A program made the position numbers and the translations under genes. This document shows positions 9,160 through 18,835 of a DNA stretch of 64,000 nt, piece by piece; positions within the stretch are counted from its first letter, which is position 1; each line of letters starts with the position of its first letter. Below the pieces are notes generated by a model, which did not search any database, was not told the DNA's origin, and was given only the letters and a program-made list of their open reading frames with translations. The DNA is from Aureliella sp. (GTDB lineage: Bacteria; Planctomycetota; Planctomycetia; Pirellulales; Pirellulaceae), in the NCBI GenBank assembly GCA_963691875.1, contig OY829846.1, forward strand, positions 3,040,001-3,104,000, read 5' to 3'.

Positions 9160-9249
9160 ATACGACAAACCTATGCACCGCTTTCGCCGACAGCTCGGGG
9201 TTTGATGGCCGAATCAACTGCGGCGACTCGGTTATCCTGACCTTTCGTC
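9160..9249 (+). other. Degenerate attC site
   Basis: ATGCACCG..TCGCCG...CGGCGACTCGGTTATC; R' TTTCGTC corresponds to the next cassette's R'' GACGAAC. Confidence 0.6.
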
Positions 9250-9339
9250 AGATCAGGAAGTTGCTCGGCGTCACAAAGCGCTTCTGTTTGACCGGTTCTG
9301 GGGGATTAGCACTCGCAGTCAATTCAGCATTGCAAGAAA

Positions 9340-9762
9340 ATGAACTCTGACTACCGAAACTCTCAGGAATGGACGGCATCACAGAAGACAAACCCATTCT
9401 CGCGCATTATCGGGGCTATTTGCGGTGCTTTCGTAGTTTGCTTCATTTCGATCCTGGCGTCGGTCGCAATGCAGATCGCCGGAACAACGGCAACACTAAT
9501 GTGGGCAGTTGCTCTGATCTTCGGCGCGATCGTTGGTTGCGCGTTCCCACGTATCGGCCAGATTTCAGCATATGGTTTCGTGATCTGCATGAACATAATG
9601 CTGTCGGTAACTATCGGTCGGAACATAGGTGAGCAGATACAACTATTTACCATATTCACGTTCGTTGAACTTATCTTCTTGATGGCGAAACTTGCCATCG
9701 TTTCAAGAACCGACGAACCATGGGTTGCAACGAAGCCGGGATCGCACGATTCTACGAAGTAA
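9340..9762 (+). CDS. Membrane protein, about 4 TM (cassette; reads into its attC)
   Basis: Four hydrophobic segments. Confidence 0.75.
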   Translation: MNSDYRNSQEWTASQKTNPFSRIIGAICGAFVVCFISILASVAMQIAGTTATLMWAVALIFGAIVGCAFPRIGQISAYGFVICMNIMLSVTIGRNIGEQIQLFTIFTFVELIFLMAKLAIVSRTDEPWVATKPGSHDSTK

Positions 9763-9802
9763 TGAGTCGATCGTCCGGGATCGCTGAACCCTGCCGTTCA
9801 GC
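9712..9802 (+). other. attC site
   Basis: GACGAAC..GGGTT(G)CAACGA..CCGG...CCGGGATCGCTGAACCC..GTTCAGC. Confidence 0.82.
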
Positions 9803-9843
9803 TTTGAAGTCGAATTAATAATCCTCGTGCGGAGGGGCTGATA

Positions 9844-10959
9844 ATGAAAACGTTACTTACGATCACTTTGGCTAGTGTATTTGCATTGCCAAATAGTCCT
9901 GCGAAAGCAGCCGACTCACAGGAACCGGTGGTACTCAAAGGGCACACATCGGGAGTATTAACAGTGGTTTGGGCCGACGATGGCAAATCGTTAGCAACTG
10001 CAAGTGACGATCGGTCGATTCGGGTCTGGTATTCGGCCACTGGGAAACAAGTTGCGGACGTGCCAAAGATCGCCCGCGTAGGGTACGGTAGTCCGGTCGT
10101 CGCCTTCACCACGGATCTCAAGCTCGCGGCAGTCAACTATTGGGGTGAGATCACGATCCGCACCTTACCCGACTATAAGCTGGTGACGAAGATCGACCCG
10201 ATCCTCGATCGTGGACAACAGTCCGGATTCCGATCGGATATCTTCGCAATGGCATTTAGCCCGGATGGGAAGTGGCTTGCCACGGGCGGATCAACCGCCG
10301 CAGTGGGCGGTCCACATGGATTGCCCGGCGGCATCGTAATCGTCTGGGACACCGAGAGCGGAAAAATCGTCCACCAGTCGGAAAGGCTATCGACGGCTGC
10401 CTGTTCTGTGAGTTGGAGCAGGAACGGAAAGCTGTTGGTTGCGGGCACCAGCGGAGCGGGCGGGGAACTGCAAGAGGCGGGCAAAGTCTGGATATGGGAT
10501 GCCGAAACACGCAAGTCCTTGCATCACTTCTCGGTCAAGCCCGAGACGAAATACGGCGAGTGGGCGTCGGCCGCCAGCGTCGCGATCAGCCCCGACGGAA
10601 AGCGCGTGGCTTTTCCTGCAACGTCCGGCAGTCGCGGAGCCCCGGCGGGCATTATCAGTGAGGACACCTGGGCGGCCGTGCGAGTATGGGAGTTGGAAAC
10701 CGGCAAGGATACAGACCTGGTCAAGCGCCTCAAGATGGCAGTCCAAGCAGTTGTGTTCAGCCCCGACGGCAAGCAGCTAGCAACGGCCGGCAGCGACAAG
10801 TTCGTGCGAGTGTGGGATTTGGATACGGGAATGCAACTCGCCGCGCTGCCGAGCCAAGATCGGGTCGAAGCGGTCGCTTTCAGCCCAGACGGCAAATCTC
10901 TAGCGGCGGGCAGCAAGGACGGAACTGTTCGAATCTGGGTAACGCCCACCACCAATTGA
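9844..10959 (+). CDS. Secreted WD40-repeat protein (cassette)
   Basis: GHTSGV..W, FSPDGK..LATAGSDKFVRVWD repeats; signal peptide. Confidence 0.92.
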   Translation: MKTLLTITLASVFALPNSPAKAADSQEPVVLKGHTSGVLTVVWADDGKSLATASDDRSIRVWYSATGKQVADVPKIARVGYGSPVVAFTTDLKLAAVNYWGEITIRTLPDYKLVTKIDPILDRGQQSGFRSDIFAMAFSPDGKWLATGGSTAAVGGPHGLPGGIVIVWDTESGKIVHQSERLSTAACSVSWSRNGKLLVAGTSGAGGELQEAGKVWIWDAETRKSLHHFSVKPETKYGEWASAASVAISPDGKRVAFPATSGSRGAPAGIISEDTWAAVRVWELETGKDTDLVKRLKMAVQAVVFSPDGKQLATAGSDKFVRVWDLDTGMQLAALPSQDRVEAVAFSPDGKSLAAGSKDGTVRIWVTPTTN

Positions 10960-10965
10960 GCAGAC

Positions 10966-11053
10966 CTAGAACTACCCGTTGCACGCGGGGGGGGCCGCGT
11001 CGTTTGAAAGTTGATCATCAAACGCGCCCGCCACGTGAACTTGATCGTTATTT
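10966..11053 (+). other. attC site
   Basis: CTAGAAC..GTT(G)CACGCGG..CGCG..GTTTGA..TCAAACGCG..CCACGTGAAC..GTTATTT. Confidence 0.78.
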
Positions 11054-11093
11054 CGCTATTTCTTAGGCACTCGTTTTTCACAAGGAATCATAC

Positions 11094-11411
11094 ATGGGAT
11101 ACGACGACACGTTGATCGTGGATCACATCAAAAAGACGCACGCCACGGACCTACTCAGCGAACGGGAGAAGCACCTAGTCGGTTTGGCGGTTACGATGAC
11201 GCGTGGGTGTCAGGTTTGCACGCGGAACAGGATCGAAAAGGCCCGTAGCATTGGGATTTCTGAAGATGAACTCAACGCACTGGTCGCGGTAACGGCGGCG
11301 GTAAACGGTGGCGTTAGCGCTGCCACCGCGCGCGTCGCGTTTAGCATGATCGAGCAAGAAGAAGCTGCGGAGTGCGGCGAGACTTGTTCCCCGACCCCCA
11401 AGGCAGACTAA
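11094..11411 (+). CDS. Carboxymuconolactone decarboxylase / AhpD-like protein (cassette)
   Basis: LSEREKHLVGLAV..GCQVC..A...GISEDEL motif; AAGGA RBS. Confidence 0.85.
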   Translation: MGYDDTLIVDHIKKTHATDLLSEREKHLVGLAVTMTRGCQVCTRNRIEKARSIGISEDELNALVAVTAAVNGGVSAATARVAFSMIEQEEAAECGETCSPTPKAD

Positions 11412-11421
11412 GGTCAAGACA

Positions 11422-11547
11422 ACAGAACAAAGGGATAAACCGTAGCCGGAACAGCGGCACTTCCTATGAGGTCGAGTGTCGCGTTGCAGGAATCGCGAAA
11501 ACTTGGCCGCGCGGCATGCGTGGCCACAAGATCGCAAGTTGCTATGC
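11422..11547 (+). other. Possible highly degenerate attC
   Basis: ACAGAAC-AAAGGGATAAACCGTAGCC left arm; R' remnant GCTATGC. Confidence 0.35.
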
Positions 11548-11565
11548 GAATGGCAGAAGAACAAA

Positions 11566-12414
11566 ATGACAATATTGCTGCTGATAATAACCGCCATTGT
11601 AATCGTTGAACCATTTGACGCTCTAGCAAATGAACTCACGTCGCTTTCTCCTGGAACAAATGAAGTTCAGCTCAAACATGACGGTCGACTACGGCGACTG
11701 ATCATTACGACGCCGAAGACGTTTGATGGCCAACGTCTCCATCGAGTCCTATTTTGCTTTCATGGCGCAGGCGGAAAAGCTGACGGTCAAAGTAAAAGGT
11801 GGAGTTCTCACGCAGATAAGCGTGGCCTTATTGTTATCAGCGCCGAAGCGGTGCAACCTCTTGCCAAGTGGAACTTCAAGGACAAATTCCATGATGAAGA
11901 ACATGATGATGTCGGATTCATCTCAAGAGTGGTTGAAGTCTTGATTGCGAACAAGATCGCTGATCCAAGAGCCATTTATGCAACTGGACATTCCAGCGGA
12001 GGTCTTTTTTGTTATCGGCTAGCAAAAGAAACGGCGCTGTTCGCCGCGTTGTCTCCTATGAGTTGCGGGATGGCAAAGGGTGCACATGATCCAACGGAAA
12101 AGACGAAACCAGTTTCGATCATGCAAGTCATTGGAGATCAGGACAAAAGCTTCAACGGCTCGTCCAATCCGAAAGTGACTATGTACTCGGCAACTGAGCG
12201 AATTGATATCTGGCGAACGTTCAATCAGTGCCGCCCCGAATCTGTGGTTCTGAGCAAAGGGGAAGAGGTGGTGGTTTCTACCTATGCCAATCAGTCCGGC
12301 GTTGAAGTGGCCTTCTGCAAAGTGAAAGGCCAAGGGCACCACATCAGAAGAGATCTCAGGGATACTGCGGATTCTCTTGCATTAGATTTCTTACTAAAAC
12401 ACAAGAGAAGGTAG
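11566..12414 (+). CDS. Secreted PHB-depolymerase/LpqC-type esterase (cassette)
   Basis: FHGAGG, DDVGFI, D..AIYATGHSSGG (GxSxG), GHH. Confidence 0.88.
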   Translation: MTILLLIITAIVIVEPFDALANELTSLSPGTNEVQLKHDGRLRRLIITTPKTFDGQRLHRVLFCFHGAGGKADGQSKRWSSHADKRGLIVISAEAVQPLAKWNFKDKFHDEEHDDVGFISRVVEVLIANKIADPRAIYATGHSSGGLFCYRLAKETALFAALSPMSCGMAKGAHDPTEKTKPVSIMQVIGDQDKSFNGSSNPKVTMYSATERIDIWRTFNQCRPESVVLSKGEEVVVSTYANQSGVEVAFCKVKGQGHHIRRDLRDTADSLALDFLLKHKRR

Positions 12415-12436
12415 GAATGTACTGTCCACGTTGAGC

Positions 12437-12526
12437 CAGAAACAGCCTACTGCACCTGCGTCGCCATCGCGTCGAACTTCGATAGCAATGTCACTTGCGG
12501 CGATCGGGTGATCATGAGCGTTATAC
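12437..12526 (+). other. attC site (partly degenerate)
   Basis: AGAAAC..TGCACCTG.GTCGCC...GGCGATCGGGTGATC..GTTATAC. Confidence 0.75.
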
Positions 12527-12549
12527 CTCGATCGAGGATTGTCCTCATT

Positions 12550-13020
12550 GTGAAGGAAATCGAGAAACAAAAATGGGCTGTATTGTCCACTGTGTTACTT
12601 GTCACTGCACTGGCGATCGTAATTGGAGCGAGTCAGCTATTGATCGCATATCAACGGATTCCGACCAGCCTAGAATATGACGGTACTAAAGATTTTCGCA
12701 TCGCAAATCGTCGCGTAACGCTTGAAACACGTTCCGTTTCCCTCGGCAATGGGGATAACGGTGACGCAGAAATAATTGTGTCATCTGGCCGAAACGTTAC
12801 TTAACTGTCGTCGACATTTAGCGATGACATGTGGACGTTCGTCAGGCCAGCATACATTTCCTGGGAGGACGTTGACAATCATCCTGTGAGAGACCTTTTG
12901 ATCTGGAAGCCAACGGTCTCAAAGCATGGCCAATTAAATGCAAAGGAGTATATATCTAGCGAAGATGGAGAATTGCACATGCTTCAAGTGCCACTCGAAA
13001 GGCCAATTCCGGGGCACTGA
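12550..13020 (+). pseudogene. Membrane-anchored hypothetical protein with in-frame TAA at 12802 (cassette)
   Basis: ORFs 12508-12804 and 12829-13020 are in the same frame and together fill the cassette. Confidence 0.62.
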
Positions 13021-13025
13021 CGGAT

Positions 13026-13115
13026 GGATAGCACGCGATGCCCGCGCAGCCGCCGATGGCGTGTGTTGTGAACGGAACGATCAATCCGGCGGCCCGTTTC
13101 TGCTAAACGTTATTT
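13026..13115 (+). other. attC site (partly degenerate)
   Basis: GGATAGC..GCGATGCCCGCGCAGCCGCCG...CGGCGGCCCG..GTTATTT. Confidence 0.72.
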
Positions 13116-13145
13116 GAATACCCAATATCATTTAAAGGACAACCG

Positions 13146-13519
13146 ATGTTAAACGTTGAACTAAATGAAGTCGAAGGCATTGCCGTTCTGAAACCAGACG
13201 GCGAGTTATCAAAACATGATTTCATTTCCGTAGCAAAGGAACTTGATCCATATTTTGAGAGCAATGGCGAACACAAAAAGGCATCATAATTCATGTGGAA
13301 TCGTTCCCCGGATGGGATTCCTTTTTAGCACTAGTCGCGCATTTAAAGTTTGTTAGAGAGCACCACAAGAAAGTATCTCGAATTGCCTTTGCAACAGATT
13401 CACCAATAGGAACGCTTGCCGAGCATGTTGCAAGTCACTTCGTCAACGCAGAAATCAAAAACTTAAAATTCAGTGAGTTAGAATCCTCTAGAAAATGGGT
13501 ATTAGATGGTGGTATCTGA
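13146..13519 (+). pseudogene. STAS/SEC14 (SpoIIAA-like) protein, frameshifted in an A-run near 13275 (cassette)
   Basis: MLNVELNEVEGIAVLKPDGELSKHDF.. joins FPGWDSF..HLKFVREHHKKVSRIA; AAAGGA RBS. Confidence 0.8.
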
Positions 13520-13525
13520 TAGCCC

Positions 13526-13596
13526 ACATAACAAATGAATGCATCTCTACCATCGAAAGGCCGCGTTTTTATGGCTGCTGATGCGGGGCGTTACGC
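13526..13596 (+). other. attC site (short)
   Basis: ACATAAC..GAATGCA..CCAT...ATGG.TGCTGATGC..GTTACGC. Confidence 0.7.
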
Positions 13597-13614
13597 GGTA
13601 AGGTCGATGCCACA

Positions 13615-13881
13615 ATGAAAGAACCAATTCGACCTCACCCGAAAAACGTTGATGGTCCGCTCTACGTCGAATACGGTTGCTGCTCCGACTGTGACTCACC
13701 ATTGCAGGAGGCCCCAAGCGACTTCTCCTGCTTTTGTCTGAAGCTTCCGAGTGTAGCTCCCAGCTCACGTATCAACGCATTCCGCGGACCCCTCGTATTT
13801 TTTCGCTCAAGTCAATTGATTCGCTTCATTCAATCGATCCGCTACAGCCTCAAGCATACTGTTCAAAATCTATTCAACTGA
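13615..13881 (+). pseudogene. Ferredoxin-like cassette remnant
   Basis: HPKNVDGPLYVEYGCCSDCDSPLQEAP N-terminus; similarity appears lost downstream. Confidence 0.5.
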
Positions 13882-14084
13882 ACTGCGTACAACCTCGTCT
13901 ACATGACCTCGAAGCTGATTCTCATCGATCTTGATCACGCTGATCCTCATCTATTCCTCTATAAACTGGCCATCGGTGGTTCCTTGTGGTGCTAGGTTTA
14001 GTTCGCAAAACATTCCTAACAGTTCAAGGACCGCCGTTCAAATTTTGTGCGCAAGATTTAAGACGTTACCAGCTCAACCACACA

Positions 14085-14503
14085 TCGCAAACTTGGCATC
14101 CGAGATTTGCTAATTGCGACTTCGGTTGTGGCAGCAGCTGCTGGCCCTAGCGATTTTGATCAAACGAATTCTGGACGATCCCAACCAGTTAGCCAATTCA
14201 CTAGGTCACCAGGCCGCTGAAATCACCTTGATAGTTTGCACGTTTGGATTTCCAGTCGTGGTTTTATCGGTCTGGTATCTGGCCTTACGAAAATCAAATT
14301 CACCGCTCAAAACGTTTTACACTATCGTTGTGTTCCTCTTTGCCGTTCCATCGACACCGGCCGTATATATTGGCGCGAGAGCATGTGCTCGACAAATTGC
14401 AGGACAACAAAAGGATGGACCGAATTGGCTTGAGCTAAGTATGACAGATTTCCGCGGATTGGCTTCGCCAATCTTAATCCGGTACAATCCTGCTTTAAGC
14501 TAA
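14085..14503 (+). pseudogene. Degraded membrane-protein cassette
   Basis: KLGIRDLLIATSVVA motif out of frame with the TM-containing ORF 14114-14503. Confidence 0.45.
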
Positions 14504-14525
14504 TTGGTCGGCTCGATCATTCGCA
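14402..14525 (+). other. Degenerate long attC
   Basis: GGACAAC-AAAAGGATGGACCGAATTGGCTT...AAGCTAATTGGTC..ATTCGC. Confidence 0.55.
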
Positions 14526-14549
14526 ACACTAGGCAGTAGAGAGGTCGGA

Positions 14550-15185
14550 ATGAAAAAGAACTATCGACGGGCGAAAGAGATTCTCGTTATCGCTGTGCTC
14601 ACCTTGACCGGGTTTGTGGGATGTGTCAATTCATCGAATAGTAATACGAAGCCGGCAGTACGGGACACGATGGCTCAATCGCAGCCGGAATCAGCCAATG
14701 ACTCAACCCCGGCATCCGCTGCGGCTCCGGACATTTCCCTGACTGACGCCGCCGTCGCGGGAGATGTTGAAGCTATCCGACAGCATATCGCGGCGGGCAC
14801 GGACCTGAATGAACGAAATCCAGAAGGTGGCTCGACGGCGCTTATTGCTGCAGCGTCGTTCGGACAAAACGAAGCCGCAAGCTGCCTAATTGAAGCCGGC
14901 GCCGAGCTCGAATTAAAAAACAATGAAGGCTCCACTGCACTTCACACGGCTGCTTTTCTGTGCCGCAAGGAGATCGTCAAAGCACTTCTCGCTAAGGGCG
15001 CCGATCGAAACGCGCGGAATAACTCCGGTTTAACAGCCCTTGATTCTGTGGCTGGGCCTTTTGACGACGTAAAGCCAATTTATGACCTCATACAGGGCAT
15101 TCTCGGTCCTTACGGCTTGGAACTGGATTACGAGTCCATCAAAGAAACGCGCCCAATGATCGCCAAAATTCTACGCGCAGAATAG
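14550..15185 (+). CDS. Ankyrin-repeat lipoprotein (cassette)
   Basis: FVGC lipobox; GSTALIAAA, GSTALHTAAFLC..LLAKGADRN. Confidence 0.9.
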   Translation: MKKNYRRAKEILVIAVLTLTGFVGCVNSSNSNTKPAVRDTMAQSQPESANDSTPASAAAPDISLTDAAVAGDVEAIRQHIAAGTDLNERNPEGGSTALIAAASFGQNEAASCLIEAGAELELKNNEGSTALHTAAFLCRKEIVKALLAKGADRNARNNSGLTALDSVAGPFDDVKPIYDLIQGILGPYGLELDYESIKETRPMIAKILRAE

Positions 15186-15193
15186 CGAAGACT

Positions 15194-15284
15194 GCCAAAC
15201 TATCCGTTGCACACGTAGCCGCGGTCTGGCGGTTTGTTCTTATAAATGTCGTTTGCAGCGGCCCGATGAACGCCGGCTTTATGC
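15194..15284 (+). other. Degenerate attC site
   Basis: GCCAAAC..CGTTGCA..GCCGC...GCGGC..TGAACG..TTTATGC. Confidence 0.65.
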
Positions 15285-15328
15285 CACTGCTGCGGATTCC
15301 GACTCCTGCATTTGTACTCAGCAATTCG

Positions 15329-15670
15329 ATGACACAAAAGCCCGTTAACCCATACCATTCCCCACGTAGCGCTCCAAACGCTGGGCATTCGTCGTTCGTC
15401 TTTTTGGTTCTGACGACCGCTTCCATCTTGACTGGCGCGGTGTTGCTCGTACTTGTTTCAGTTATTGGACCGTTTGCCTGGATTCTCCGAGACGGTTTGG
15501 GTCCAGATGCGACTCATAGCAAAGGGCTACAAGCGTTGACTAAAATGTTCTGGACATTCTACTGGGGCCCTTCGAGTATTTTAGCCGCGATAGTATGTTG
15601 GGAATCTTTGATTCTTCGATGTCGCCTGCGTTACTCTGCAAAGAACTTTGACTTCAAACTTATGGAATGA
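15329..15670 (+). CDS. Membrane protein with NPYxSP N-terminal motif (cassette)
   Basis: MTQKPVNPYHSP plus two TM segments. Confidence 0.7.
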   Translation: MTQKPVNPYHSPRSAPNAGHSSFVFLVLTTASILTGAVLLVLVSVIGPFAWILRDGLGPDATHSKGLQALTKMFWTFYWGPSSILAAIVCWESLILRCRLRYSAKNFDFKLME

Positions 15671-15909
15671 GCAAGATGATCTGGTTCTTCGTCATCACAA
15701 GCGTTGTCTTTGCCCTGGTCGGTATATTAATGTTGATAACGCCGCAGCAGATGCTGTTTCTAATGTCCGACGCTAAGAAGCGACGTTTAACGGAAAGACG
15801 CTACTACCCGTCGATCTCGCGCATTGGCGGAGTTCTGATTGTCTTTGTATGCGTGCCCCTGAATCTCATTATCGGTCTACTCTTCGCCGGTTTTCTGACG
15901 ACATTATAA
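15667..15909 (+). CDS. Small two-TM membrane protein
   Basis: ATGA overlap with the preceding ORF. Confidence 0.6.
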   Translation: MSKMIWFFVITSVVFALVGILMLITPQQMLFLMSDAKKRRLTERRYYPSISRIGGVLIVFVCVPLNLIIGLLFAGFLTTL

Positions 15910-16013
15910 GGGCACAGGTGTCTGCGAGTAATAGCTTAACGGCCACGAAGTTCGTTGAAGAAGTTGCTTATGATCCCCACTAGGTACTTGATTTGAACTA
16001 GTAGGGAACTTAG

Positions 16014-16104
16014 CATGAACCAAAGATTGCACCTGTATTAGCTTTTCACCTGCTTCAAACATTTACTCCGCTTATCCGCTAACCGGTGAACTCGGTCGTC
16101 ATGA
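16014..16104 (+). other. Degenerate attC site
   Basis: CATGAAC..ATTGCACC..TTAGC...GCTAACCGGTGAAC..GTCATGA. Confidence 0.65.
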
Positions 16105-16112
16105 TAAAGAAC

Positions 16113-17516
16113 ATGAAAAGAATTTTGATCGCAGTTTTTTTGCTGTGGGGCATTTACCATTCTGATCTCCAGGCTCAGGCCGTTGAAGCTTCCATCCCGG
16201 TTGAAATCCTACCGTTTGGCGTCAATGGCAAGCGGAATATGCTCTATGACGCCCGTCAGCGCCCCCAATCGGTTTTGTTGCACGGTCGCGTGTATATCGT
16301 TTACAACGGCGATGCCACGCCGACAAAAAACAAGAAGGGTAATGCCTACCCGATGCTGATCACCTATGACCCCCAAGCACGCATGTTCACCGAGCCAGTG
16401 CGAATTGGCCCGAAAAGTAGCGACCACCACTTCAGTCCGATCATCTGGGCCGACGAATCGGATTACCTCCACGTGCTTCATGGCTGTCACAGAACTCCCG
16501 GCACACATCTCATTTCGGCGGAACCTGTCGTCGGGGGAACATCCAAGCTCAGATGGAAAGAAGCACCCAGAATCGCGCCAAAGCTGTCTTACCAGACGGT
16601 CTTTCCCGTCTACGACGAGAAGGAAGTGATCGCTTACCGCACCGATGGTCACACTAGCTCATGGACCTACCGGATCAGCGACGACAATGGCAAAACCTGG
16701 GTTGGGCCAGAGCAGGATGTGACGGACCTCGACATCAAGGGCCGAACCGACTGGTCATCCTATCGAACTGTGCTGCCGAGTAGGGATGGCAGGTATCTCC
16801 ACATGGTCTACATGGACTACGACGATAACAAAACACAACCAAATCCGGATCGGTTCTTCAATTCGCGTTACGACAAGCGAGTTAGCAATGAGTGGAAGTA
16901 CAACCTTCACTATGTGAAGATTGATCTGGCAACCCACAACGTCACCAATGCTGACGGTGAGGTACTCCAGACGCCAATCGACATCGATTATTCTAGGAAA
17001 GAATGTCTCATTTGGGACACGGAATGGCGAGGCGCGGGAATCCCGCCTGTGATTGCTTTGGATGCGGAAGGTGACCCGACTTTTCTTCATATTCTTTCCG
17101 AAGGCAACCTTAAGACGCATGGCTACTATTACGTCCGCCGTGAAAACGGCGAGTGGTTGCAAACAAGAATCCACCCTTCAAATCACAACTGGAACGGTGG
17201 CTACTTGGTTCATGGCGCCGATGGAGTCATTCACGCTTACCTGATCACTGGAGAAGGGTACCTGGAAGGCGGTTACATGGATGGCCGTGGTGGCGGAAGT
17301 GTTGAGGAGTGGTATTCCAAAGACAATGGAAGGACCTGGAATAAGAGCCGCGACCTGACACCGGATCGAAAACAATATCCCGGCTGGCGTTTCAATCACG
17401 TTCAACCAGTCGTTCATCCTGATGGAACACTTGTAAAGGGCATGCTCCTCTTTTATGGATGGCAAGAGAACGACAACCCTACAGCAACGGCTTTCCTGCT
17501 CGACGAGAAACCATAA
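16113..17516 (+). CDS. Secreted BNR-4 / Asp-box repeat protein (cassette)
   Basis: SDDNGKTW and SKDNGRTW Asp-boxes, DHH.P motif; stop within R'' CCATAAC. Confidence 0.88.
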   Translation: MKRILIAVFLLWGIYHSDLQAQAVEASIPVEILPFGVNGKRNMLYDARQRPQSVLLHGRVYIVYNGDATPTKNKKGNAYPMLITYDPQARMFTEPVRIGPKSSDHHFSPIIWADESDYLHVLHGCHRTPGTHLISAEPVVGGTSKLRWKEAPRIAPKLSYQTVFPVYDEKEVIAYRTDGHTSSWTYRISDDNGKTWVGPEQDVTDLDIKGRTDWSSYRTVLPSRDGRYLHMVYMDYDDNKTQPNPDRFFNSRYDKRVSNEWKYNLHYVKIDLATHNVTNADGEVLQTPIDIDYSRKECLIWDTEWRGAGIPPVIALDAEGDPTFLHILSEGNLKTHGYYYVRRENGEWLQTRIHPSNHNWNGGYLVHGADGVIHAYLITGEGYLEGGYMDGRGGGSVEEWYSKDNGRTWNKSRDLTPDRKQYPGWRFNHVQPVVHPDGTLVKGMLLFYGWQENDNPTATAFLLDEKP

Positions 17517-17601
17517 CAAGGTATTCTCCCGGAGCGGTGGGCCACGTCGGTTTTTCAATTCAAAGTCGTTCGCTGCCGCCTAGTGAACTTGGTCATTATC
17601 A
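17511..17601 (+). other. attC site (partly degenerate)
   Basis: CCATAAC..GGAGCGGTGG...CTGCCGC..GTGAACTT..ATTATCA. Confidence 0.68.
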
Positions 17602-17628
17602 CGCTTGACTTTTCAAATTGAAAGTTGC

Positions 17629-18015
17629 ATGAACGCCGCAAACAAACTCAGTTTCACGTTTGCGATGGCACTAAATTTCGCGATCGCGTCGATTTGTCTC
17701 GGCGCGCAAAACGATCAAGCTGAGCTGAAAAGGCTTCGCTATGAGTTGAATCAACTTGAAACGCAGGTTTACGCTCTCGAAACTCAAGACACTCAAATAA
17801 GGAACAAAATACAGGAATTGATCGACGAATCTGCCGGAACGGGCGTTGTTTTATTTCTCTTTGGTGTAGTTTGTGCGTTGTGGGCTCAAAACACCCGGCG
17901 AAACCCATGGCTCTGGTTTTTGCTCGGCGTGTTCTTCAGTATCGTTACCGTCTTAGTCCTGCTTTGCAAAAACTCGCACGACATACACTATAGAAAAGCG
18001 TTGCCAAAATTTTGA
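17629..18015 (+). CDS. Coiled-coil plus two-TM membrane protein (cassette)
   Basis: VLFLFGVVCALWAQNTRRNPWLWFLLG motif. Confidence 0.78.
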   Translation: MNAANKLSFTFAMALNFAIASICLGAQNDQAELKRLRYELNQLETQVYALETQDTQIRNKIQELIDESAGTGVVLFLFGVVCALWAQNTRRNPWLWFLLGVFFSIVTVLVLLCKNSHDIHYRKALPKF

Positions 18016-18058
18016 AGCTGCAGTATCGGGACAAATGACAACCTAACCACTCATTTCG

Positions 18059-18142
18059 TGACAACAATGCGTTGCCCTCGGGCTTTGCGGGCTTTTCGCT
18101 TGCAAGTCGTTCGCTGCGTCCCGGTAATCGTTGACGTTATTA
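18059..18142 (+). other. attC site (partly degenerate)
   Basis: CGTGACAAC corresponds to ATTATCACG (17595); AATGCGTTGC..CCCGGTAATCGTTGAC-GTTATTA. Confidence 0.72.
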
Positions 18143-18157
18143 GAGTGGCCCCATCAG

Positions 18158-18835
18158 ATGAATCGATGTCGATCTTCGCTGCAAAACCTGCTGCTGTTTG
18201 TGACCGTCTTCTCTGCATATTTTTCCCTGGCGAATCTTTTCGATGCTTGGGTGTCTACTACATACGATGGGTACTATGTGAATTCGATTCTTGCTCATCA
18301 CATCAAAAATGGTGACTCAATCAACACGATAGCATCTCACTTTTCGTCGTATAGATTGCTGGATGATAATGACAGTCATGATATGAAGAATGTCACCGAC
18401 ATCTGGACGTCAAATCGTAGGAGGATTGAGAAAGAGGATCGACTCTACTACTTTGGAACTTGGGGCGGGGCCGAGAAATATCTACAGTTTCGCGATGATC
18501 GATTGATCAACCTTTCTAACAAAGCCTACCGCGACGAGATTGGAATCGCTAAAAAGAACCCATATCCGTTTCCAACCTGGGTCGTTCGATTCGGTTTTCT
18601 GGCCCTCTATTGCCTACTCGTTTCTGCTGGGAAGATTGCAATTCTTGTAGTCCAGAACTTCAAACGGGACGTCGACCACATAGGGCACGCAAGAGAAAAT
18701 AGAATTTTCAAACACAATGACGTTGCTAGACGCAATGCGGGACGCCGTCTCGTCGTACCGACGGATGATCGACGAGACCATACAACAACTCATTGCCTCC
18801 GAATAATTCGCCCGCGCCGGGCATCAACCTGTTGA
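18158..18835 (+). CDS. Membrane-anchored hypothetical protein (last cassette; 3' end may be read-through)
   Basis: SLQNLLLFVTVFSAYF N-terminal TM. Confidence 0.62.
   Translation: MNRCRSSLQNLLLFVTVFSAYFSLANLFDAWVSTTYDGYYVNSILAHHIKNGDSINTIASHFSSYRLLDDNDSHDMKNVTDIWTSNRRRIEKEDRLYYFGTWGGAEKYLQFRDDRLINLSNKAYRDEIGIAKKNPYPFPTWVVRFGFLALYCLLVSAGKIAILVVQNFKRDVDHIGHARENRIFKHNDVARRNAGRRLVVPTDDRRDHTTTHCLRIIRPRRASTC

Noticed and set aside
8842..9240. 132-aa ORF
   Set aside because: TTG start, runs through a degenerate attC and has no recognisable motif; probably spurious or decayed
13885..14071. One or two further attC remnants (GCGTACAAC..CGCTGATCC; TCCTAAC..GTTACCA)
   Set aside because: Arms are not convincingly complementary
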